A stretch of 64,000 nucleotides of DNA from Pseudogymnoascus verrucosus (Eukaryota). The notes under the pieces are model-generated. The model saw nothing but the letters and a program-made list of their open reading frames with translations, was not told the origin of the DNA and did not search any database. The stretch lies in NCBI GenBank assembly GCA_001662655.1, contig KV460206.1. One strand, given 5' to 3'. Below, piece by piece: positions 1-12,300 of the stretch (positions are counted from its first letter, which is position 1; each line of letters starts with the position of its first letter). A program made the translations under genes and the position numbers.

Positions 1-818
1 CTGTGCTACTGTATTATTATGCACAAAGTCGCCTCCATTGAATATTGGGCGTGACATGGTTATTCACTGGGGACGTGAAGAGCAGCAACTCAAATGCAGG
101 TAGAGGCAACGAGTTGACGGTTGTAAGAGGAACAACAAGGATGATATTAAAAACCTGCGGTTAACAGAGTCGTAGCTTGTCCTTCCAAATCCAAAAGTAA
201 GCACTATTAGAAAATTCAGGTACTTAGCTAGCAACCAAGCTTCGGAGTTATGTCATGGCTATAAACCCTCGTTCTACTTAATCCGATATTAGAAAACAGG
301 TGACTAGATCATGTCAAGTGCAGAGGTTGAAGGCTAATGACCCAGACCAAATATCTCGGAGCTTTGTGATAAGGTGTGTCAATTGCATCCTCAAGGGCAT
401 GTGAGAATAAGCTAGCTGTAGGTATCGTAATCTGTAATCGAAGAGCTATGTCCGCCGCCTCTTACCCTACGGAATGGCTAGTATCCATTCGTGGAGATTG
501 TTTCTGTCCCAATTCCGGACCTTCAAACATCGGTGGACATAGATTGTGGGTTGACGAATAGCCGGCTTTCCGTGATGCCAAACTCCGGGCTTTGGTAGCT
601 CCGCGTATTCACTCTGTTTTACGCCTTAGATTCCACCTTAATCAACTACAAAGTATGCACAAACTCCACTTAAGCTTATTAATTATTCTTCCAGCTTTGC
701 TTATATCTGGCGACAGCTTTCTGTCCGGTTTACGAAGGCTTTCATTAAAACTGAGATATTACCGAACTTTGCATATCAACCTCAGAATCAACCAGACACC
801 CACAAGATATCTTGAACC

Positions 819-1206
819 ATGACTTCCACGACAGAATCAACGATATACAAACTTATTTTCTCTGTACCGGTCTCGCATTTTGCCGCTGTCAAAGCTGCTG
901 TCCACACTTCTGGTGCCGGCAATTTCCCAGGCTACACCGGCGTGAGCTTTCAGACTCAAGGCATGAGTGTTTTCTTGCCGAGTGGTGCGACAGAGCCAAA
1001 CGAAATGGCTGAAACGAAGGTAGAGGTCTTTTGTTCCGGAAGAGTTCAAGCGGTTGCAGCCGTGGGGGCAATGAAGAAGTAAGTGATATTTTGCTCAACG
1101 ACTGGAGTTTGGGGGGATGGTATGGAAAATGGTGACTAACGTTCTATGAAGGTCACATCCGTACAAGGCCGTCTCTTATGCTGTCTTCAAGGCGGAGAAT
1201 ATCTAG
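819..1206 (+). CDS. Small YqfO/Nif3-insert (PII-like fold) family protein, 2 exons (819-1078, 1152-1206)
   Basis: YKLIFSVP..VKAAV..GAG..PGY..VSF...ETKVEV. GTAAGT donor at 1079, GACTAAC branch, AAG acceptor at 1151. Exon 2 reads KSHPYKAVSYAVFKAENI*, matching the HPYE-type C-terminal motif. Confidence 0.75.
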
Positions 1207-1523
1207 GGACTTAGAGAAGGAAGCAGCGATACTTTGAAACCATATTCGCCTGTGGCTATGGCTTATGAGGAGGATACACTCATCTAAATTATGGACGCAC
1301 TTTTCTATACTTGAGAAAGAGAAAATTTGGTTTCGACTTCAGGAAACCAACTGAACTTCCTTTTTCATTTAATGCATCATAACATACCTTTCTCACATTG
1401 TCAAGTTTACGAAGGTCATGCAGACGGGTTTAAATAAGATAGATGAGACCTAATCTTAAAGTTTATTTCGACAGCCTACATACACACTGTCTTATAGTTC
1501 TTAATACATTCATTGAGTAATAT

Positions 1524-2451
1524 TTATTTTAAAAAGTCCCCTCCGGTCTCTTTCAGGAGTAGATTATACTCCGGCCAGAATTGTGCGTACATGACCTCCG
1601 AATTACTTGTAGTCTTGCTTGTATATTTTGCAGCTTCGTCGGACACGTACCTCTTCTGTATTCCACTTGCCGCAGCAGCATCCGTGACAAGTTGTGTGTG
1701 GCAGGCACGTTCCAGTGCAATGAAAAAGGCAGCCGCCTCGGCAACAGTACCTCCAGCAGTCAGGACGCCATGATTCTGTAAGATAATGTTCTTCTTGGTT
1801 GGGCCTAGGGCATCTGCAAGTCTCTTGCCTTCATCTGCAGCAAGGACTGGACCAGCGAATCCTTCATATATGGCAAGACTGTCGTAAAACATACAGGAGT
1901 CTAGATTGCTGGAATTAACGACAGAATACAGATTGGTTGTAGATTATCACACACCTTGATTCAGCATTTCTAGTGGCTTTCCGAAAGTCGACCATGCCCT
2001 ACCATAGGGGCTATGACAGTGGCATGCTGCATTTATATCAGGTCGAGCCTTGTGAATCTCCGAATGAATGACAAAGCCGGCTGTGTTGACTTTGTGTGAT
2101 GTCTCAGACAAGCAGTTCCCGTCCTCATCGACATGTATAAGATCAGAAACGTTAATCGCACCGAAGTGAACTGCGTATGGATTGATCCAAAACGTTTCTG
2201 GATCGGTAGGATCTAGAAAAGTAAGTAATGTGAAACAGGGGGAATGAAGCTTGCCTGCAGGATCAAATACCTCGAAGGCTGATATGACCACTTGCACCAT
2301 CTGCAAACCCCATCTTTGCGAATATCCGAAACGCCGCCGCCATATGCTCTTTCTCACGCCTCAAGAGCTCTTCAACGCTTGATACTTTTGAAATGTCATT
2401 GAGTCGCACCATCGTGCCATCGACAGTGGTCTTCTGTGTTTCTGAAGGCAT
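1524..2451 (-). CDS. Class II aldolase/adducin-domain protein, 3 exons (2451-2271, 2212-1955, 1900-1524)
   Basis: AAAFRIFAKMGFADGASGHIS, FWINPY, IHSEIHKARPDINAACHCHS (Zn-binding HxH), ILQNHG. Both GT-AG introns restore the frame. Confidence 0.92.
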
Positions 2452-3401
2452 TGTCGCTTCAGTTTCTTTGTTGAGTTGAATGTTTCAGTGTTTTGTAAAC
2501 TGTTTATTAACTTCCCTGAATCTCCTGCGCTGCTATGTGTCTCTTTTATGCTACTGATATGCAAGGCCAACTTTGGCCTCAGAACCAAAATGTCAGATGC
2601 CGCATATCCGCAGCAACATGTGTCCGACTTTCCCTCGTTCTCCTGTGCAATCGGAGCTTCCTCCCCATTGCGGACATCGTGCTGGACTCACTTCACGACC
2701 ACCAGCAAGTAATAGTCCGTCTAAGAGCTCGGCCCAGCGCCCTGTTGGCCTTTGTTACCCAATCGTTAATTGGAACATCCAGCTTGCCGTCTGACCAAGA
2801 GCGAGTTCATAAGGATGAACCACGGGCGGCTCTTGATAGCCGTAACCCCGACATAAGCACGGTTGATCATACCTGTCCATAGCATCTGATATTATTTTTA
2901 AGCCCACAATTACACCTCGAAATTCGTTAGATGAGATGGGTGACTGCAACTCCGAGCCACCAGATTCGGACTTTTCATCTGCTATCTGTAACTCCGAGAT
3001 ACCATATCCGGATTTCTTACCTATAGGCGGGCGTCTACAACTCCGGGTCTATGTTTGAGACCCACAGTACCTTGTTGGAGTCGTCCCTAACCCGAAAGCT
3101 GAAACGTGATGCTAAATTGCCAACTGTCTAGTTTCGATTAAACTGGACTCAAGATAGGACAACAAAATGTTATTCGCCTGTGGCGTGCCGACGTAGGCTA
3201 ACCCCCAGTTTGCGATACATCTAACTAAAAAGGAGTGTAAACTTCCTTTGGCCCTTACTCTCCTGGATATTGTCAGCACACACTGTCAACGCATACAAGA
3301 TGGAGCCTATTCCCGTCTAGCGCTTTATACGTCACAACCATTCCAGAATCAGAAAATCCAAGCAACAACAGCACACTTAAAATCAATTTTTCGTCTTCAT
3401 T

Positions 3402-3781
3402 ATGCATTTCCCTAACTTTGTTGTTATGGTTTCTGTTTTCTTTGCTGCAATGGCGTTCGCAGCCCCAGGTACAGAAGGAGTGGTTACTGAAGCAATTGAG
3501 GAGAGAGTAAGTGTTAAATAGATGCATCGCTTCAGATTTGTTGTTACTGACGAGTGTTTGGCGGAAAAGCGTAAGTAGCACATTTACCTGGCTGTGAACC
3601 GCTAATTAGATGGAATGGTTACTGAGAGGACTGTTTGGTGGAATAGAGTAAGTGGCACCTTTACCTGGCTCTCAGGAAGACTGAAGTAAAATGATTTCGT
3701 TTTGAAAGGTTAGATATTAACAAGAGGACTTATCCTAGTATGGGCTTCGCATTCCAACACCGCCCATCACAGCAAATATGA
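3402..3781 (+). CDS. Putative small secreted pre-pro-peptide; exon structure after codon 35 uncertain
   Basis: ATG 3402 gives MHFPNFVVMVSVFFAAMAFA-APGTEGVVTEAIEER (signal peptide, AxA-AP cleavage, pro-region), immediately followed by a GTAAGT donor at 3507. TATA-like TTTATA at ~3324. Confidence 0.5.
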
Positions 3782-3872
3782 GAAGCAAATAGCCACATTA
3801 CAACTTACTCACGCCCCCCAGTCTCCACGTAGTCCGTCACAGATCCTCCCGTCGTTGCTTCGTCCCTATTCT

Positions 3873-4828
3873 TCACAGCGTAATCCCCGCTCCCGGTTCC
3901 CTCATCATAAGCAGAATATCGACCTTCCCCTCAGCTCCAAACTCTGTAAAATCAAGACTAATTGTATCTCCCGTCTCCACCCAGCCAAGTCGTCGATATA
4001 GCTTCTCGCCCGCCTCCGATGCCTCAATATACGTCTTCTTTCCCTCTCTATCGGCGAGCCTTAGCACAGGCGCCAGTAGCGCCGCGCCGAGGCCGAGACG
4101 TTGGTACGTGGGAAGGACAGCAAGAATATTCATCACTGAACTGCCCGTTAGTTGCTATCCCGTTTATCCGGTAAGTGCCAGGCGCGGTCCTTGTTAAGGA
4201 AACCGAAGTAAGGGAATGAGAACGCACAATACATATCATCCTTCTTCAACCACTTGTCCCGCATCTCGAACAGCTGCGTCTTAAACGCCTCCTGTGCCTT
4301 ACTATTAGTCCCCTGAATCGGTTCTGGCTTTGGCGCTTTCTTGGCTTCCTCCGCTGCGGCCTCCTCTTCAGGCGTCAAGACATGCGGGAACCACCAATGG
4401 GAAATAGCTGCGATTTTGCTGATCACGCGTCAGATATAGTTTCCTCCCTCTCGTATCACGTCATCTTTAGCGTAGCAGAGCGAACCGATTAATGAAATTA
4501 AAACTGCCGAAAGGGGGACAGCAGAACAAGGGAATGTGAAAAAAAAGAGAGTGAGCGGAATAAAAAAAACGCACCCAGTCCCCTCATCAACAACCTTAAA
4601 ATGTCTGCGCCCACTTATAACCCCCTGCTTCTTCCAGAACACGATATTCTCTTCTCTCAGCGCAGCGCGGTCACCTGTCCCGCTCATGGTATTGAAGAGC
4701 AGATTACCAGTGAAGGCACTGTCGAAGACATCACAGAATTCGGGGATGTCACTCTCCCCGGCTTCAGAGATTGTGAATGTATAAGTCCCGACGCTCAGGA
4801 TTTGTGGTGGAAGGTCGGATGTCGCCAT
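3873..4828 (-). CDS. GNAT family N-acetyltransferase, 3 exons (4828-4575, 4418-4228, 4135-3873)
   Basis: Motif A LAVLPTYQRLGLGAALL and YIEASEAGEKLYRRLGW. Two GTGCGT..CAG introns join the three ORF pieces in frame. Confidence 0.9.
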
Positions 4829-5504
4829 GGTAGGTGGGGTGTCGCGGGCAGAGGAGTAAAAGCTACAGTTCACAGAGGTCTGAAATGCTCAAATAAATCA
4901 CCCAGCTCAAAGCTTAAACAGCAATAAAATAGCAATAAAAGCAATTTAAAAGGCAGAACCCTAAATATATATATGCCCTCTAGATCCGCCATCCGGTCCA
5001 GCCGCCTGGTCGCTAAGAGGATCTTGCCACCCGCACTAAAGTATGACTCCCGGCCGACGCGCCAAGGCCTTCCCCACCTTCCTTTTTGGCATCACTTCGC
5101 CCGTTGTCCCGATACGTTCGCAGCGATAAGCTTCAAAACTTTACCTTCAACACCTGAAGTTCACTTTTCAACCTCGCCTTTCTTCTCCTTCTCTTCTGAA
5201 TACCCGATCCGCTTCAGTAGTGTCTGCCCTCGAACCCTTCGCGATCCCTAGTGCCTAATTGGGCATATTCTTCGCATGCATCAGTTTCTCTTCAAATCTC
5301 GGTTACCATGTTTGATAGGCTAGCGGCTTTGGCATTTCGGGCCACCGCTTCTCAGAGCACACGTAAAAGACCCTTAGAGTCCTATTCTTTCCCCTATATC
5401 ATATGCCCTATACAAAGAACTGCCGATGAGCAAGTGAAGCAAGCTACCTAGAAAGAACTGCAAGAGACATCGGCAATTGGTCTGTGCCTAATCTCCCATC
5501 TCTC

Positions 5505-5990
5505 TGTAATAATTTTATAAATGTAGCATACAGCGCAGGTGCGTTAGCAATAAAACAAGCACACTATTAGAAGTATATTATAATAAAGTATAGTATAGTA
5601 TTTAAGTATAGTATTTAATAAAGTTTTTATATAAAGTGCTATTATGTTATAGTAATAAGTCTATTTATATACCCTTTATAGTAAGAAACCTACTATGTCT
5701 ATTAGTAGTACTATTTATAATGTTAAGTCTTATATACTATTAGAATACCTCCCCTATGTCTATGTGCTTAACTTTAGTAGTACTAGAGAGAGAACGTTAT
5801 TTAATTTAACTTAGTGTATTCTATTATTTAGATGTTGTCTACTTAAAGTAGCCTTATAACTATACTAGGGTATTACATGCTTCTTTAGAGAGGGTTTTCC
5901 ATCCTATAGTACTAGGTAAGTCCTTAAAAGTGAATGAAGAGTGTTATAGATAGTAGATTGCAAAATCTAGACATAGTAGGAGCGTGCCTT
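5505..5990. other. AT-rich, TpA-enriched tract resembling a RIP-mutated repeat or transposon relic
   Basis: Abrupt compositional shift (e.g. taataaagtatagtatagtatttaagtatagtatttaataaag), dense TA dinucleotides, no ORF. Confidence 0.6.
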
Positions 5991-6006
5991 TTATACCATT
6001 TTCAAG

Positions 6007-6068
6007 CTCGCCCTCGCTTACCCTTGCTCACCCTCGCTCACCCTCACCTTACTCACCTTCGCTAACCT
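6007..6068. repeat. Degenerate ~10-bp tandem repeat (CGCTCACCCT-like, ~6 units)
   Basis: ctcgccctcgcttacccttgctcaccctcgctcaccctcaccttactcaccttcgctaacct. Confidence 0.7.
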
Positions 6069-6273
6069 AGGTACTAGATTATCTATGGCCATCTAAAGTC
6101 GCGGTGCATCACGTTTATCGCGTCTTAATACAAGACCCACTCCGTGCGTGTCGACGTAGCCGCCATTAGGTAGTTAAGGGGGACAACCAGATTATCGTGA
6201 GGCATCAAAAACTTGAGGGCAGCAACGCTCACCTGCTAGTCCAAATGGCACCGTCCTAAGTATTAATCCACTT

Positions 6274-6339
6274 CAAGCTTGAGATCGGTGGATTAGTAGT
6301 TGGGTGGGTGACCACCAGCGAATACCTACTGTTGTAGGT
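6274..6339 (+). rRNA. 5S: 5S rRNA gene fragment (3' half only; truncated or interrupted copy)
   Basis: CAAGC..GGTGGATTAGTAGTTGGGTGGGTGACCACCAGCGAATAC..CTGTTGTAGGT matches the ascomycete 5S 3' half and is followed by a Pol III T-run. The expected 5' half (ACxTACGACCAT..CCCGTCCGCTC) is not present upstream. Confidence 0.85.
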
Positions 6340-6359
6340 TTTTGCCTTTTTGTCGTCCT

Positions 6360-6640
6360 CCCCCTCATAGCTAGTTATTCATCCCTATATTCTGTCGTAG
6401 GAGAGAGACGTTTAAAGGGGGTATGGTTTGTATTTTGCAGTTTGTATTTTGTAAAGGAACACCTAAGTCAGTGAATATCTAGCTGCACTCCTCTCATAGC
6501 TATGTTTGATTATCCCCCTACTCATAGCAATTGTCCGACTACCCATCTCTCATAGCAACAGTCCTCCTACCCTCCTCTCTTAGCACCTATTTAGCCATTA
6601 TCCTCTCACACAAGTTGTCCACTTACCCCCATCTCACGGC
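6360..6640. repeat. Degenerate repeats with a CTCTCATAGC core (~7 copies, mostly ~30 bp apart)
   Basis: ccctcatagcta, cctctcatagcta, ctactcatagcaa, atctctcatagcaa, cctctcttagca, cctctcacacaa, catctcacggca. Confidence 0.55.
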
Positions 6641-6682
6641 ATATACAACCAAAACGGACCGGGACTACCTCTCAGGGGGGGG

Positions 6683-8097
6683 TTAGCACTTCTCACCCAC
6701 CAAATATCCGATAGTGTCGTGGCTCACGACGTCCTTGGAGATGCCCTCCTTGACACATCCCAGCTTCGCCCCCGACCAGATATCCTCAACCTGATACGAG
6801 GTTCCGTCAAGCTGCGGCACCTCACTCCACTTGATCTCCCTCATCGCCGTCGCGGCCAGAGAATTAAATGCAAGTACCAACACCCCATTGCTGCCCACGC
6901 CACTCCAGTACTCCGCCGGGTTCGTAGCGTTGAACGTCCAGTCCACATTGACGCCCCATTTATATGGCATCGCAGGTTTTCCGTAGATGTCATCCTGATT
7001 GAAGGCAAGAAGATATTTATTCTTCAAGACCGCCACATTCGCCGCACTCAACTTGTCCAGCGCAGTCCCGATAACAAGCGGACTCTTCATCGCCGCCCAC
7101 AGTGCAAAGTGACTGCGATTCTCCTCATCCGTCAAGACGCCGTTGCCGACCTCGAGCATGTCAGGGTCGCTGTGGCTCCAGTGATCGTTGTAGTTCATCA
7201 GGAACGAGTTCATATTGAGCAGCTGCGTGATGCGCGACCATTGGGGCGTGATGTCGGCGCTCATGCGCCATGTTGGAGCAATTGATGAACCCCAGTTTTG
7301 CACACTTGCCCGACCCCACTCACACAGACTGTAGAGAATTGTTCGGTTCTGCGCTTTCAAAGCGTCGCCCATGATGCGGTAGCGCTGGGTGGTGTTGGAA
7401 GTGCTCCAGTCATAGCCCTCGGGGGCAGTACGGCTGGTAACGGGGCAGGTCCCGTTGGTTAGGAGGGGAGAACTTCCATCAGGGATACAGCTGGCATATG
7501 TGTCTGTCCAGTTAGATGGATAGAAACAGTTGTCATATTTGAGGTAGTCGATGCCCCATTCGGCAAAAGTGGCTGCATCCACTTCCTCGTAGCCGATGGA
7601 GGCAGGGTAGCCCTCGCATGTATTGGTGCCCGCCGAGGAGTAGATTCCTATTTTGAGACCGAGGGCATGGATCTTGTCTGCGATGCCACTGATACCATCA
7701 GGAAACTTGGTGAGGTCGGGACGAATCCGGTGAGTAGTTTCGTCGCGGCCGTCTTTGATCGACCAGCAATCGTCGACTATGAGGTGTTAGAACTTTCCTG
7801 AAGCAAGAATATGAGAATTACTGTTAATATATTCATAACCGGCGTCTTTTAGACCGAGATTAACAACCTCGTTCGCTGCAGTCATGACCTTCGTCGCATC
7901 GATATTACACCCAAAGGCGTTCCAGGAGTTCCATCCTAACGTTGGGAGTTTGCCCTGAACACTATTAGCACTCGCCCTCACGGTAAAAGTTACAAGCATT
8001 GTTGCATATTGTCCGAACTTATGGCTCGTTCAGCTTGCACAGTTGCTAGAGCAGTAGGCACGTCTGCCAAGAAACCCAGTGTTGCGGGTAAAAGCAT
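6683..8097 (-). CDS. GH27 alpha-galactosidase (exons 8097-8023, 7954-7822, 7776-6683); first donor is non-canonical
   Basis: [24 protein letters not shown] (nucleophile), [29 protein letters not shown]. Signal-like [18 protein letters not shown] from ATG 8097. Confidence 0.88.
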
Positions 8098-9338
8098 GAT
8101 GTTCTATATACTGCGTGTCTGGATTGCTACTGAGGTGAGTGCTGACTCCAACACGCGCCAACAGTAGCGTAGCCCATCTCTTACATAGAAAACTAGACCC
8201 ACCACGTCCACGTCGGCGCTCTTGACTGGAACGATGCAGTAGCTCGACCATTGTCATGCATTCAACCCCGGGCATCAAAAGAGGGAAAAACGGAGTATAA
8301 CACGAGATTTCACAGAAGATCAGCATATCAGCAAGGTTATCCAGCATTGAGTTGGAAGCTCCATTCTCCACTTAAACGCGCCGATCTCAAGATGCGCCTT
8401 GAGGGTACGTTGCATGCCACTCAAGGAGCTACCCCACATGCCACATGCCACTTCTTGTTCCGAAGCAGCGGGCGCGCATAAAACTGCGGAGATCTTGCTT
8501 AACATAGGAAGGTTGCAGCCACGGCATTTAGTGTTATCAGGAGCCGTGGGTGCCATGACAGAAGGAGAGCGCGTAGCTGGAAGCTAAAGCATGTGTGGGG
8601 TATTGAGGTGCCATATGACGCGTTGAGCACAGACTTGAGGTTACTTACGATGGGGTCTTGGATTAGGGACGTGGCAAGGCTTGTTTTGAGCACAACTTGA
8701 GCATCGAGATGCATGCTCGCGATCTACGTAGTCGCGGCTGCTCCAGTCGTGGAGAGCCAGCAATGAAGTCCTTGGTTTTCGGGTAGAGAGACGAGAGAGA
8801 GAGACGGGGTTTCGGTGCAGAAATTTATTGACGAGTCAAACTATAAACTTGTTATTGCTCTTATATATATTGCTGTATCTGCGAGGGTAAAGTGACCAGA
8901 TCAGGCTGTGTTTTGGTAAGGAATAGAGTTAGTCAAGACATACGTCGTCGTTCCTTCCTTGTTCGCGGGGTCCGGAGATCCATTTTAGGTTTAGTGCCAC
9001 ATTGAGGAGGGCGGCCGCTCTCATTTTGGAGAGAGACACATTAAGCAAAATCATGATATTCTTCATAGAAAGTGTTTAAATATTGAGAGAGTACGACATG
9101 AAAAAAGGGTATCTACATGTGAAGTGAAAATAAAAAACATATTGCGGCGAAGCCGTGTGTTTCATATCAGTCATAATCGTACTCAAATGTCCACCCATCT
9201 CCCCCAAACACAAACGCATTGGCGGTCATCCCCCAGATTACACAGACCAACCCGTCCCCTTTCTCCCTCGAGCGCCTCCCGCCTATCCATTACTCCTCAT
9301 TACCCCCCATTACTCCCATTACTCCCCATTATCCCCCC

Positions 9339-12300
9339 CTACTCTCCGTTACCCCTATAGTGCCCTACATCGCCGCCTGCATTGAAGTCGGTGTTCGGTA
9401 GGTACTGCACATGTTCCAGAATCTGCGACAAATCGGTATCGATATTGCTCAAATCCACATCCCGCGTCGTGAAGGTCATATCGCCCGCCCCCAGTCCCTC
9501 CATGCCCAGACCATAGTAGCCAGTTACGCCCCAGCCCTGGTAGGGCATTTCGGTGATGGCGCCAAAGGGCGCCCCATAATCGTACCGCACAGGGCCGTCG
9601 TACAGCCCATGCGCCAAGTGCTGCGAGGGCCCTGTAGAAGCCTGGCTGTTCATCGTGTCGTAGGGGTTGGGAGCCATGCTTCTTCCATAGGGATTAGGCG
9701 ACTGCTTTAGCTCAATGAGCATTGCAGCGTCTCTGTGACTATCGTCGATCATGTTATACTTTTGTGATGGTGGTGCCATGTTTTGCTGCATTGGTATATG
9801 CTGCTGCTGCTGTGGTGGAGAATAACCAATATTGTAGGGCGGATACGTAGCGGCTATATTAGTTGGTCTCGTGGATTCTGGGACGCTTGGGCGAATAGGA
9901 TCATAAAACTTATGATGGGTCTGTCCTGTTGCGGGCGGCGGAGCTGGTGATGCAATGTCGCCAGGTGCTTGCGGAAACATCAAAGTTACGTTCGAGTTGG
10001 GAGAGTTCGTCGTTCCTGTCAATGCCCACCAGATAGGCTGATTTGTCCCACCATCCACCGTTGGCGACGCAGACCTTTCGGTCTTTGGGGACATACTCGG
10101 AGCCACGGATTTCATACTAGGAGACGGTTGTGCAAACGGAGGCGGAAGAGTTCGTTTCCAATCCTGTACGGGACCTGGGCGAACTTTCGTGCTTTCCATT
10201 TCCTCTGACGTGAAGGCCTCTGGGTCTGCAATGCCTATGGCTTTCTGGTCAAGGGCAGTCAATATGTATTTTGTTCCCGCCCAGTATGTTTCCAGTTGCT
10301 GAAGGGCTTTATAACAGCATTGGTAATCCTGGCTGGGGTTAGACTGAGGCTTCGCTTTGGTCTGTTTCGTATTGTGGTGCGAAGGTTCGCATTTTATATT
10401 AACATTTACAGGTGCTTTGCTGGAAGCTTTCGTATCCCTATGTGGGGTTCCTTCTCTAGAAGCAGGAGATGACGCCTTTTGGATGTTCGTTTCCATGAGG
10501 AATGCAGAAGCGGCAAAGTACATGGGCTGACTCGTAAAGGGGTTACCGACGAAGCACTTTGACTCGTTCGTATTTGCGAATGCTAGTATGTCTGCTATTG
10601 TCTTCGCCGATGACATACTTAACTTGCGATTGTCATTGGGTAGTAGCTGGGCGATTGCGCTACTCCATAGCTGAGGGCAGTACACAACCATGATGAGTGT
10701 ATGGTACCAGAAGTGAAGTAGGATAAAGTTGGTTCCTTCGCCGGCCTTGTCATAATGTGAAAAATTTCCCAAATTGAACGCGAGTTTTTTGCCCAGTGAT
10801 TCTTGCCATGCCGTCACCTCCATTGATATGTCTTCGAGGCCTTGCAATCTCCCTTCTGTCATGTCCTCCGTTCCTTTGATGCCATTCAAAAGATCCGATA
10901 CTCTACCGTAGAGGTGTATAATCTGGATCAGAGCTGGCAGAGGTGCGGGCCAATCGCTCTTCGGCAGCATCGTGATGACAGGTAGCCCTAACTCAAAGTC
11001 TTCTCTCCGCATCGTCGCTGGTCTTCCTAGTCCAGATGAGATGAACCTGTCAAGTGTGAAAATGGCCCAAAGAGTGTCAATGCGTTCCTGCTCGGATGCC
11101 TTTTGCTCGATATCTGCGTCTGGGTGACCATCAGACTGGCGCTGGTTGAAGTCATTGTGGATTGGAGAATAATTAGGCAGTCGGCTGCCTTGGATGCGGA
11201 TCCCATCTAATTTTTCTAGTCCAAGGTCAGATGCCATACGTATTGCACATCCAGTGTACATCCACAAGGCGCTATCCTTGTTGTCGCCAAAAGCCTCGTA
11301 CGCGAGCAGTAGACACGCTTGCAAAGCTTCCACTGTGGGGCATAAGAAGGTGTCTGTGACGACGGCTTTAGCACGCTGCGCAAATGCTTGGCCATATTCT
11401 GACTTGAGGCGTTTTGGGCCAAAAGAGCCAACTAGCTGTGAGTCTTCCGAGAACCGTGCAGATAGAGAGCATATCGCATCAACGAGTATTGGCGCTAAGT
11501 GCTTATCATCCATCATTCGTAGCACCTTATCTTTGCGTAGAAATGGAAAGTTGCATCCGAGATGTACAAAAAAGATCTTGACGAGGTGCTTTATCAATGA
11601 TGGAACTGGCTCTGAATTGCTAATGTCATATAATGGCAGCCCAAGATCGTTCCGTGGCTCTCCAATAGACATTGAGGAGCGACGTGGATTTGGGAATTTT
11701 TGGTCTCCTCCAGGGCTATAAGAGTTTGATAGTGGCGAAGCTATTATGATTAGTATATACGAGGTTGGTAATGGGCAAGGTACTAACCAGACGACAGCGA
11801 CGTAGGACCTATTTTACGGCCAGGATGACCAACAGACACTACCATCTGTTTAAATCCCCGCACGATGGCCGTTGGGCCGAACCAACGGAAATATGGGACT
11901 CGGCGATTCAGGGTCTGGGAGCTTTGGCCATCGTCAGTGTATGCTGTATTGTCACCAGCGGCACCTGGTGACTGGCCGCCATAGCCAACTGATTCCTCGG
12001 AAATCCGATGTTCTTCGGAGAGGACTCTATGAAGCTTCGTATCAACTCGCCGGGCCGTGGGGGAAGGAAGCTTCGGCTTGATGTCTTCGTGTATGATGTC
12101 CTCTTCGTCGTCGTCGGCATCGTCGACAGCGAATTTTTTGCTATCCGGGTTCTTTCCTCCACCCGGGTTCAATGGAGCTTCATATCCCAAGCATGCGTGC
12201 CGGTTTTCTTTGCACGTCGAGCATTCTGGGCGCTTTCCGTCGCATCGTATCTTTCGCTTGCGACACGTCTGGCATCTACGTGTAACATATACATTAGCAC

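Noticed and set aside
3571..3665. TAG vs TGG in the duplicated units as an A-to-I editing site
   Set aside because: Stop-loss editing is documented mainly in Sordariomycete sexual tissue. Here the TAG more simply lies inside an intron-like unit.
6220..6339. Intact functional 5S rRNA gene
   Set aside because: The ~50 nt upstream of 6274 do not match the 5S 5' half and cannot form helix I with the 3' end.
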